Shown piece by piece: positions 36,805 through 47,960 of a stretch of DNA of 64,000 bases. A program made the translations under genes and the position numbers. Within the stretch, counting starts at the first letter, position 1. Each line of letters opens with the position of its first letter. Below the pieces are notes generated by a model. That model did no database searches. It was not told the origin of the DNA and was given only the letters and a program-made list of their open reading frames with translations. Origin of the DNA: Selaginella moellendorffii (taxonomy: Eukaryota > Plantae > Lycopodiophyta); the NCBI RefSeq assembly GCF_000143415.4, contig NW_003314273.1, positions 62,001 through 126,000 on the forward strand. The letters are read 5' to 3'.

Positions 36805-36945
36805 GAGCCATGCTAAGTATCCAAGTAGGTAATACCACCTATACTTAGATTGGGAGTATTGACCATTTGATCTCCCAGAGGAGTTAGAGCTAGCTCTTGA
36901 ACACTTCACTAAGCTACCATGTTTGTTAGTCTATATTCACTTTAA
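36805..36945 (-). mobile_element. Decayed fragment of the family C LTR (40080-41761 type)
   Basis: Reverse-complement similarity to ~40935-41080. Confidence 0.75.
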
Positions 36946-39556
36946 CTAGATGGCAAATAACCATCCCAATCTGAATATTGAAAGTTCACATACCTTACGA
37001 TCATTCCTTTGAAGGTCTGAACGAGCCATTCTACCAAACCATTTAACTGTGGATGATAAGCACTTATGAAAGTGTGGTATATCCTCAATTGAGATATCAA
37101 AACATAAAATATTTCAATTATAAATGTAGAACCATTATTCGAAAGAATCCTTTCCAAACAAAAATGCTAGAACACCACCTAATTGAGGAGGAAATATCCA
37201 ATAGCAGTTGCAAATGTGCTAGTAAGAGCATTAACTTCCACCCAACGAATCAAGTAGTCAGAAACAATAATGACATACTTATTACTGACAGTCAATCATG
37301 AAAAAGGTCCCATCAGATTTAATGCCACTAACTCAAATGGATGGGAAATTGCAATTGACTTCAACCATCCTTTTGCAACATGAGGGGGAGTATTACGAGC
37401 TTGGCACCAAACGCAGCTACACACATACCGGATAACATCACATTGGATCTCTGGCCAATAAAAAGACCTACATAGCTTCTCAGTCACACAACGATATCCT
37501 ATATGCCCATCTAAATTAGAAAAATTATGGTAAGCATGGAAAAAACTTGGAATAAAGATCAAAGGCACCACCAACCATAAATGATCATTAGAATCCGTCC
37601 TCACAAAATAAAGAAGACCGTCCTCAAGATAATATTGAGAATATAAATGCCAAAATGGTAAGTCATCAACAAATGATGCAAGATTCTCAAATCCATCACG
37701 AAGCCTATGAATCTGTGGCTCAATTTTTTAAGCTTCACAAACTTTGTCAAGAGAAGGTAAATCTTGCTCTGTATCTTATGGACACTAAACATCAAGTACA
37801 ACAACAATTGACAGCATAAAATCCTCATCCAAAAAATCTACAGATGCTGGAACAACAAACTCGTAAAAAATATGATAAGAGAGTGAAGAAGAAAGAAGAG
37901 TTCGAAAAAAAGCATGAACATCAGCCATAGAACTCCCTAGGAAATAAAGAATATCAAAATTATATATTTGAAGCTTAAAATCCCACTAAGCAATACAACT
38001 AACCAAGTTCTTCTATTTCAATAATGAAGTAATTGCAACATGATGACCTTCTAGTGACCATTTAGATATGCATGAAATTTCTTAAAACCCCAAACTACTG
38101 TTAAACACTCCTCTATTGTAAAGTAGTTCACTTCTACTAGTTATAATATACAACTGATATATGTAATAGAATGGCATTGATCAGGCACACTCAGGCTCTA
38201 TTGCATCAACACACCTCCAAAACTAATATCAGAAGTATCCACGTGTAAAATGAAAGATTGAGTATAGTTATTGACGATTGTGATGATGCCTTTTGACAAT
38301 TGCATTGTCTTCGTCAAGAGTTATCTAAGTCGATGATGCAATTTAGCATTCATTTTTGAAGCCTCTTGCTTCGTGTGAAGCTAAATATGTCGTAACAGAT
38401 TAAGTTGGAAATGTTGTGGCCAACACTTTGTCAATATCTTGTAGGAGTTGTGCATGCACTTGCTCCAACCACCTTTGATGATGCCCTTTGCTTAGCATAA
38501 TGTTATGAGATGTTGTCTTTTCCACTTCTCATTGCATGTCCTTTAGCTCCACTATTTATGAGAGATAGTCTTGTTCCAATAGAGGTTGATGTTACTATTA
38601 CTTGAGTTCAAGGACAAGGGTAAGGATGTGGTCATGGCCGTGATATCTACTGTTAGGCATGTGCTAAAGTTAATCACACTTATTGGCATTGTCGGTGTTT
38701 TCTGGATTGGCGATCTCCATTTCTTAGGTGGAGACCTTGACATCAATAACATCTTGCTGCAGTGGAAGTTTTGGACACCGAGATACATTTAGGAAACGAG
38801 GAGTCAAGTGAGTAACAGAGGGATCTTGTGCGAATAAATCAATAACCCCTAACTCTTTCTTTCGAGAGTGTCATTAAGGGGTTCATTTAGCATCAATAAA
38901 TCCAATGTTTACTTTCCAAGGTCATTTTTATAACAAAAGGCCTCCTATTATTTTCTTTATGTTAGTTGATATCCAATTTGAGTTTATCTTCTATTGCTTG
39001 GTTTATTGCCATCTACATTTGTATCATATGGTAGAGTTAGTTTTCATTCTTTATAACAACGGTTATACACATGCATGTGCATAGGATGAGGTGGACCTGG
39101 TTGTGCATATGAGCAATCTCAAACTTGAGTTGCAGTTATTGTAGGTGGTGCTAAGTCAAACTTTTGACTTCATCTTTGGTATGGATTGGTTGTGGCACAA
39201 TCATGCCAAGTATGATTTTATCTCATACTTCCTTGTATTTCTTCCATTCCCCTCACTTCTGTACTTCTTCATCCCTTTATTTATACTTTTGCTTCCATCA
39301 CATTTATCTCCCCATTACTTTAGCCTATGTTTCCATTTTGTTTCTCTATTCCCTTTTTCAATCCCTTCAATGGTCTTTGTGTTGTAGTAGTTAACCGGCT
39401 CATAAAAGAATATGCTGATCTCTTTGAATTGTTTGAGGCTAAGATTGTGTAGCGCACTTTATCTCTCTCCCCTTAAGCCAATTGGAAAAGGGGCAATTGC
39501 TTGATGAGAGAGCCCTTAGTGGCTATTTTATCCCCATTTATCCCCCAAGGTTCCAA

Positions 39557-39861
39557 AGAGATGTCAATGTCCTCATTGACTATTGACTAACAACCCCTAC
39601 TGAGCCAAGGGGAACCAACACCTCCATTTCCGCATTAAATCTACCAATTCTTCCATCCCCCTTCAGAGATGTCAATGTCCTCATTGACTATTGATTAACA
39701 ATCCCTACTGAGCCAAAGGGAACCAACACCTCTATTTCCGCATTGAATTTACCAATCCCCCTTCAGAGATGTCAATGTCCTCATTGACTATTGACTAACA
39801 ACCCCTACTGAGCCAAGGGGAACCAACACCTCTATTTCCGCATTGAATTTACCAATCCTTC
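39557..39861. repeat. Three tandem copies of a ~100-bp unit inside the TRIM
   Basis: agagatgtcaatgtcctcattgactattga...ccgcatt(a/g)aat at 39557, 39665 and 39765. Confidence 0.93.
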
Positions 39862-40079
39862 AATTGTGTAAACCAACTATTCCATGTGAGGCAACTAGTT
39901 ATCCACCCATACTACAGTCCCATGGTGGATACCTTCGTCCGTGGATACTCTACACAAAAGGAAGTAGATATGCATGGATGCCCAATACATACGATTTCAA
40001 ATTTAGGGGTACAAATATACTTTGCTCAAAGGTATATTATATTTTTAAGTAGCCACTAATCAATGGGAATCGAACCCGT

Positions 40080-41761
40080 TGTGAGACACAAAATCCCTAG
40101 GCCCCAAAGTGGAGCCGGAAGGGCGCCACATGGTAGTGGCCGAAGCGAGCGCCAAACGAGCGTAACACGTTTGGACCAAAAGCTCCGACTTGAAAAGTCA
40201 AGAGCGGGAGTGGAACTCCCAACGAAGTGCTCGAGGAACGAGCACGAAGCGAGCAAAAGGCGAGGGTCCAAAAAGGGACCCAAAAGGACAAACACATGAC
40301 ACGTGGGAGTCCGAGATGGAGTCCGAAGTGGAGTCCGAGGTGGACCCGAGATGGACCCGAGTTGGAGTCCGAAGTGGAGTCCGAGATGGACCTGAGATGG
40401 AGTCCGAGATGGAGTCCAAGATGGAGTCCGAGATGGACCCGAGATGGAGTCCGAGATGGACCCGAGATGGAGTCCGAGATGGAGTCCGAGATGGACCCGA
40501 GATGGAGTCCGAGATGGAGTCCGAGATGGAGTCCGAGATGGAGTCCGAGATGGACCCGAGATGGAGTCCGAGATGGAGTCCGAGATGGAGTCCGAGATGG
40601 ACCCGAGATGGAGTCCGAGATGGAACCGGGACTGAGATCAAGTCCGAGGCCGAATCCGAAGTCGGATCCGAAATCGGATCCGAGATCGAGCCAGAGACTA
40701 AGTCCAAATACTAATACGGGTCAAGGGGTGAAAGCCCAAAGCGTGCGTCTCCCAGGGGGGGGGGGCTGCGGGGGGTTCCAAAAGTATAGTAGGGAGAGTA
40801 TGGGGGTTGGAGCCCAGTTGGAGCCAGTTGGAGCCAGTTGGGCCAGGAAGGGCCAGTTTGGCCCAGGAAGGGCCAGTTTGGTCCAGGAAGGCCAGACCCA
40901 GTGTTGGGTGATGAGCTGACCACTGGGAAGTCCAAGACTAGAGTGAACACGGACCGACAAGCGGGGTAGCTTGGTGAAGTGTTCAAGAGCCGGCTCTAGT
41001 TCCCCCGGGAGATCGACTGGCCGATGCTCCCAGTCCAAGTGTGGGTGGCACTACCTACTTGGATACCAGGCGTGGCTCAACGGAACCTCGCTCTAAGCCC
41101 ATGGCTAGAGCACCCAAGGGTAGAAGGCGAGGAGAGTACCCAAGTGGCTCGCGTAAGGCCACGGTGTTCCGAAATGTTGTCCCAAAGGCCCAGACTGTGG
41201 AAAGGAAGAGGAGCAGTCCTCTGGGGTAGTGACCAAGGACACAGTCGTGTGGTGAGGAAGTCCCAGAGGACCGTGGGACTTAGTGGTCGGGCCTGTGGGT
41301 CTCGATCCAGTGGCAGTGTTGGCAAACACGGCCAGGGGCAGAAAGGGACTTAGTGGGGACTGACAGAGGGATATTGGGGAAGGCTATTCCCCTTGTCGGT
41401 GGGCATCCTAAGGATGCTAAGGAGTGGATCTGAGATGACCACTCACGGATGGTTTGCCTAGTCTTGGAGAGCCAAGACGGTGATGCAAGTGGTATTGGAC
41501 TACCAGTGTGGCAAAGGTGATTGGGCATGGCCTTAGCGTAACGGGCTGCGATGTCGGTGGTACCTTTGAGTGTCGGTCATGGGATCGGACACGTGGAGCA
41601 CTTGGACCAAGTGCAAATGTTGAGTGGCATGGATGCCATTCTCGGGGCTAGCAAGTCCCAAGTCCTGGATTGGACTTATGGAGGTTGTGAATGAGACTCC
41701 TCCAAGTGGTCGGAGGTGTGGTTAAGTGACTAAAGTAGAATGGAAAATTTAGTCGCTTACA
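40080..41761 (+). mobile_element. Young GC-rich solo LTR, family C (1682 bp)
   Basis: TG..CA termini with perfect 5-bp TSD CCCGT. Orientation taken from the PBS next to the homologous copy at 55280. Confidence 0.9.
40307..40625. repeat. Minisatellite of interspersed 12-bp GAGTCCGAGATG and 11-bp GACCCGAGATG units
   Basis: Directly visible; source of the ESEM/WSPR/DGVR repeat ORFs. Confidence 0.97.
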
Positions 41762-44700
41762 CCCGTGTCATTTGCTCCGATATCAACTGTAGCACACCTT
41801 ATCTCTCTCCCTTTAAACCAACAGGAAAAGGGGCAATTGCTTGATGAGAGAGCCCTTAATGGCTATTTTATCCCCATTTATCCCCCAAGGTTCCAAGGAT
41901 CCACAGTGACAGTATATTCAAATCTCATCCCATGATCACATGCACTACAGATTGCAACATGTCATCCTATTTCAATTGGGGATGTTTGTCCAATCAATGT
42001 TTTTGTTTGTCATTGGTCACCCAAAGAAATCAAAATTTTACATACAAATGTCAAAAAGATGTTGGAAAGGGTGTTATTCGAAAGTTGTGGAGTCTTTGGG
42101 TGTGTGAACTTTATCTTATGACAAAACCTGATAGGAGTATTCGTTTTTACATCGACTATCGTTTATTAAATGAAGTGATGATCTTGGATATCTTCCTCAT
42201 ACTAATGATCTCTTGGATTGTCTAGGGAGAAGTCATTGGTTCACCAAATTAAATCTTCCTTCTAAGTATTGGCAAGTATTGATAGCTAAAGAAGATATTC
42301 CTAACACTACCTTTTATACACTATTTGATTTGTATGAGTTTTTGGTGATGCTATTTTGTTTGAATAATGCTCAAATAACTTTCCAACAAATGATGGATGA
42401 GGTTTTGTGTGATATGCCGGAGATAACTATTAACTTCATCGATAATGTCTTGATCCACTCAGAGGGGATGTGGGAGGAATATATTTGTGATATTTGTAAG
42501 GTGTTGGATTGGTTAAAAGAAGTTGGTTTAAAACTGAAGCAATTAAAGTATAGGTTTGGTTCCAAGAACATAACTTATTTTGGGTATCATATTTCTTATG
42601 AGGGTTTGCAAGTTGATCCTAAAAAACTTATGGTTATTCTAAAGTTTCATATTTTGAAGTGTGTGAATGATATATAGTGCTTCTTGGGCAAGGTGTAGTA
42701 TCTCGATCGTTTTGTTGATTATCTTTTTGATCGCGCTATACCATTGCAAGTGTCGTTGAAGTCATCAATATTATCTTTCATTTGGTCTATGGACTATGAG
42801 TGGGTGTACGGATCTCAAAGAGCTATTGATGACTCCTCCAGTTTTGATGTGGTGGTTCTCCCAGTAATGAGACTTATGTTTAAATGCGTGTTTGAAGACG
42901 TTTGGGAGAATATTCCAATTCTTATAAATGGTTGCACTCAAACTATTGTACCACTGTAGTGCCGTCCTTTGGAAACATGTGAGAAACTCACACAAACGTC
43001 AAATATCATCCCAAAAATGATATGTTGCAATCATTGTGAAGTGATCAAACCAATGGTACACATCACCTTAGGATTTCCATGAAAAAACTCTGGCTAAACC
43101 TAAGGATTGGCAATAAGAATAGGAGGAGCTATATCACATGTTATGAATGCTATCATCAACTAAGTTTGATTGTTTAACTACAACCACATAGTGAGCAATT
43201 GCACCAATTACTACTCTAAAGTCAAAGGAGGAGGAAGTTGCTACTCTACCATGAAGATGAATGAAAAGAAACGAATAAAAGAGGAGAAGTTAAAAAAAGT
43301 TAGAAAAAAAGGGAGATCTAAACAATACAAAAGTTAAATCTAAACCAAAATCCCAAATTCTAAAGACAATCAAAGTTATTCTTCACCTCCACCAATGTAA
43401 GTGTATGGAATATGGAAAAAGAATACATAAATGTGCATATCAATTAGCCCAAAAACCCTAACTTATATATAAAAGTGAGTGGTCTAAATTGAAATCAATT
43501 TGACAACTACCAAAATCCCATTACACTAATATTAGTATATGGCATCATAGTTGTATACTTGGACCTCACAGATCCAAAAATCTTTAGAATTTTTTATTAT
43601 TTAATAATATTACTTTGCCATTAATTTTTCAAAATAGATAGATAAAAAAAATATTGAAGGAAAATTATTACTATAAAAGTTATATCTTGTTATTGTAAGT
43701 GTTATATTGTAGCTCATTGCCTTTGAGAGGATTTAATCCAATATAACATGATTTGAAATAATTATTATATATTTTGGTTTTCGATTCAATTATTTTCAAA
43801 TTGTTTTACTTATATGAAGATAATGGAAGAAAAATCAATGGTTTTTAACTCAAGTTGTTATTATTACTTTCACTCAAAGTTCTTGAAGTAAATTTTAAAT
43901 CAATTGTGGGGCTTTGAAATGTTAAACTCTTGAGTATCTCTTCATAGAGAAATAAAAAACATCAAAAATATTATATAAAAATGAAGAGTGAAAAATACGC
44001 TAATTATGAAGAATTGGAATTTTTCTTGAAAAAAACAATAAAAACATGTTTTTGAACAAAACTAGTAAGTGACAGAAAAAAAATCATCAAAATTTAAAAA
44101 GTTTTATTTACTTAATGGATTATGTTATTATCATTATAACATCACTTGACACATTATTTATCTCACATTTCTGAGTTTTAAAATGAAACACTCATTCTCT
44201 TTATTTTCTCTATAGTCTACTAGTTGATTCCTCAAAAACAATCTAACATTGATAAATACATCTCAAAGATAAAAGTGAGAAGAAACATGGAGAAAATATT
44301 GATAAAAAAAAGATAGAAATGGAAATATATGCTCCAAGTAATTTTTATAATTTCTTGATTAAAATAAAAAATTCTATAAACTGTATATTACTATGAAAAT
44401 TTAACTAGCCAGCATTCTTTCTTCAGGGTTTCAGGCAAATCTCTAGAATTCTAGCTTGTTAAAGTCTTTTGATGTCAGCAAAATGATGATTTGCTGAAGC
44501 CTGGTAATCACATTCTGCTATAGCAGTGTCTTGGGGGCAGTTTATGCTTATCCACACTCCACTGCCATTTTGCTCCATCGCATGGTATCTTAAAGAGATG
44601 GCGGGTGCGTGCTGCAAATGAAGACCAAAGAGACCAGAGTGAACTAAATTACATTGCGGAAAGTTGGGCTCTAATTGTAAACACTTCATATATATTGCTC

Positions 44701-44953
44701 CCGTCACCATTTTGCTCCATTGGTCCATTGACGTATGATGGTGAGCAAATTAGAACTTTTCTGATCTTTTGGCACGCACGCTTCTATATGGCATCACTTA
44801 ATTGGCGGAATTCGTTTCGGATGGAAAATTTTCTATTTTAACCGGACAAGAAATCTCTAGAGCCTTCTAATGTGCGCTGATATATATATATATTTCGAGA
44901 GAGATGTCTTGTGTTTTCTGAGTTTCTCTTTGGAGTAGAAGCAAGTAGTAGCC

Positions 44954-45681
44954 ATGTCGAAAGGGAGTGCCAAGGTCTTGAGCTTCTGGTCGAGCATGTT
45001 TGGCTTGAGAGTTCACTATGCGCTGGATCTGAAAGGGGTGTCCTACGAATACCAGGAGGAGAATTTGTTCAACAAGAGCAAGGAGCTTCTCGAGGCAAAT
45101 CCAATCTACGCTAAGATTCCGGTTCTCATCCACAACGGCAAGCCTATCTGCGAGTCTCTCATCATCGTCGACTACATCGACAGTGTGTGGCCCAATCCTC
45201 ACAAGCTCCTCCCGGAAGATCCATACAAAAAGGCTGTGGCTCGCTTCTGGGCAGACTTTGGTGACAGAAAGGTAAACTTGTCGCTTCTTCCAGTGTTTCT
45301 TACTACCAACAGGTCTATGACGCCGGTAGCCGACTCATACGAGCTACCACCGAGGAGGAGCGCAAAAAAGCCAGCGAGGACTTGAAGTGGGCTCTGATGA
45401 AACTCGATGAAGCTCTCGACACCATCGCACCAGGCAAGCCTTTTTTTGGCGGCGACTCAATGAACTTTGCAGACGTTGCTCTGGCTCCATTCATCTGCTG
45501 GTTCAAAGGCTACCAGAAAGTGGGAGGATTCGTGCTTCCAGGCCCGGAAGAATTGCCCAATCTCCACAAGTGGGTGAACGCCGTAAAGTCCGTGGAAGCG
45601 ATCAGGAAATCCACTCCAAGCCTAGACAAGGTTGCTGAATTCGCCGAGGTTATCAGGAAGCGAGCTATCGGGTCTGCATAA
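44954..45681 (+). CDS. Tau-class glutathione S-transferase 2 (intron 45272-45312, 41 nt)
   Basis: Close paralog of 32119-32857; FWSSMFGLRV; spliced frame intact to TAA. Confidence 0.9.
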
Positions 45682-45739
45682 AAGTAGTATGTGCCAAACT
45701 CGAAATCTCGATGTATATATATAAATACTACTTTGAATA

Positions 45740-46094
45740 CCCATCTTGGGCCGCTTCGACGAGTCCGGATCCACGCACTGCAGCGCCACCAGCAACGCCC
45801 GCTTGAGTGCTCACGACGCTGGTTTGGGCTCCAAGTTTGGGTCTGCTACTCCTTCCAAGCGCCTTTGCCCGACCATGAGCTTCAGCCAGTCCACAAGATT
45901 AACCTGTTGTGAGCAGGCAATCCAGAGTCATACAGGCATCAAAGTGAATTTTATATGTACATACCTCTGAAGGAGGCCAGCTATAGTCCACGGGATCTCT
46001 TCCGGTGACGACCTCCATGAGGAGGACACCGAAACTATACATGTCGCTTCACTTGTTGAGCAATCCAGTGTTTGCATATTCTGGAGTGACATAT
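45740..46094 (-). pseudogene. RLCK-V-like kinase pseudogene fragment (subdomains VIII-XI; intron 45904-45964)
   Basis: [42 protein letters not shown]|[15 protein letters not shown]...ALKRALLVALQCVDPDSSKRPKMG; two in-frame TGA codons. Confidence 0.88.
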
Positions 46095-46499
46095 CTGCAA
46101 AGATCAGAGTCACGCGCCATTCGTGAGACTGTCGAGAGAAGAAATGCTTGTATACTAAGTGATGCCCTCCCGTTAAACACCATCCTGATTCACTCTCTCT
46201 CCGCTTACCTGGCGGTGATGTGGCATCAGGCCTTCTTTTTGTTTTTTCTCCAGTGCACTCCCTCTCCCATCTGTAGCAGCTGCGCACTCCCGCCCGCGGC
46301 TATCGCCTGCCTGCGGCTATCCCCACCCACCCGCTCGCCCTCACGGAGCGTGTGCCTTAATTACTTCCACATGGCCACAGCCCCAACACTTAGCCAACAC
46401 AGCCCCAACACTTAGCCAAATTTCAATCAGCGCGCACGTGGACACCTTTCTATGTGCTTTACGTGGCCAATGAGTGTCATGGATGACCATTAGGAGTGG

Positions 46500-47960
46500 T
46501 GCACTAATTTAAATATATACAATGTAAGTATATAAAGAGTTTGTCCTTTTATTTATTCTTTGCTAAGATTGAGTTTTTTGTTTAAAGAGTTTTTCTTTCT
46601 TGTCTTCCTTTGCCTAGTAAAAGGAGTTGCTTCTTGACTACTAGAAGCTTTTCTTTTACCTGTAATTCTTTCCACCAAAGGTTTTGCTTGCTTCAAGGAT
46701 GTACCGTAATTATCAATGTGCTGTTGAAATTCTACTATAAGATGAATAAGATCATTTAGCCTAGTTTTAAAGGTTGCAACCTTTTATTGTATTATTTCTA
46801 AATTGTTATCAACCATAAATAAAAAAACTTCTTCATCAGGAAGATTTTATAAGATATCCATCATTTTTTGCTATAATGTTGCTTTTGTAACTTTTGATAG
46901 AGTGATATCTTCTTGCTCAAAGTTCATATCAATATTTAAAATTTGTTTAGTGTAAATTACCTTTATAGTAGTCCTTAGCAATATTATCATTATAAAAAGT
47001 TGTGTGAATTGAATGATACATAATATTTCTGAGACGTTTCCATATTTCCATCTTAATATCCCAAGATTTCACCTTATGAACAATATGTTTAAGCCAATTC
47101 CTCCTTACATGCCAAATACATAATAAAATTTGAAAATCAAGTGTAGCTCTATATAAAAGAAAAAAATTAAATTATATCATATCAAATTAATTACTTTATA
47201 GCATTAATCTTTGCTTCAGCATCATTAATCATTATTGCATGTGGTTTCCAATTTGGCATGTGTTCTAAAACTCATTTTTTAGGAGTTATCATCCAATTCT
47301 TCATATATTCTCCTTTCTTACTAAAAGTTAAAACCCATGCAATTGGAATACCATTTCCATGATAATCAAAAGCAAGGATGGTATATAATGGAAATTGTAA
47401 ATTTTTAAATATTATTCACTTAAAAATAAATGAAAATTTTACCTTGTAGCAATTAGTTCCAAAAGTTGCATAAAGACTCAATAAAATATTATTTGCAAAG
47501 TCTACGATCTTTTGTAATTGCCAAGTTGTCTGAATCTCAATGGTAAAATAATCTTTACTTTGATCACCTTCTTGATAGAAAAATACTTCGGGATTTGTGT
47601 TCTTCCAAATACGTACACTTTGTGCGTCATTTTCATGTAGTCAATAAGTTGAAAGCAAATACTTCCTACACAGATTGTTAATATCCTGTATAGTTAAAAA
47701 ATCATCTTGACGAGGAGGTTCACTAGCTGACTTGTTCCTTCCCACAATGTGTATATGCTCATTATAAATCTGATTTGATGTGAAATCTTGCTAGATTATA
47801 TAAATCATCCAATGTCAAATATCTGCTAAAAGCTTCTGAGGAAATAATGGCTTTCCTCCAGTCGAATCAAGTTGACCATGACAAAGAATCCCACTTTTAT
47901 CACAATGCTCTCTATGATAATATGTAATCTGGACATAATCAAGCCATTTGTAAAACTATT
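46500..47960 (-). mobile_element. Decayed Mutator-like (MULE) transposase remnant
   Basis: FTIEIQTTWQLQK...YATFGTNCYK|FPLYTILAFDYHGNGIPIAWVL matches the MULE DDE pattern D.TF.TN.Y..PL....D....G.P.AW; boundaries approximate. Confidence 0.75.

Larger units (their letters stand above)
39448..41949 (-). mobile_element. Non-autonomous TRIM-like element (LTR 41788-41949, truncated LTR 39448-39556, Met-type PBS)
   Basis: TGTAG(C/T)GCA terminal inverted repeats, 5-bp TSD GATTG on both sides, PBS TGATATCGGAGC, no coding region. Confidence 0.88.
36950..43570 (-). mobile_element. Ty3/gypsy family A copy with 5' LTR 43396-43570 and an internal inversion (~38268-42850 reads on +)
   Basis: LTR TG..CA plus PBS; gag start on - (43390-42860); gag/PR/RT on +; RH/INT on - (38265-36950). 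Confidence 0.85.

Noticed and set aside
40190-40919. Long ESEM/WSPR repeat ORFs; CRISPR-like appearance
   Set aside because: Stop-free minisatellite inside a solo LTR; no unique spacers and no cas genes.
40905-40933. 5S C-box-like words (TGGGTGA...CTGGGAAGTCC) in the family C LTR
   Set aside because: Two short matches with wrong spacing and no A-box; cannot be distinguished from chance.
44459-44728. 89-aa ORF upstream of GST2
   Set aside because: No recognisable similarity or exon structure.
45740-46094. Pack-MULE capture of a kinase fragment
   Set aside because: The left break is better explained by the inversion, since the continuation lies at 33613; no MULE TIRs or TSD identified.
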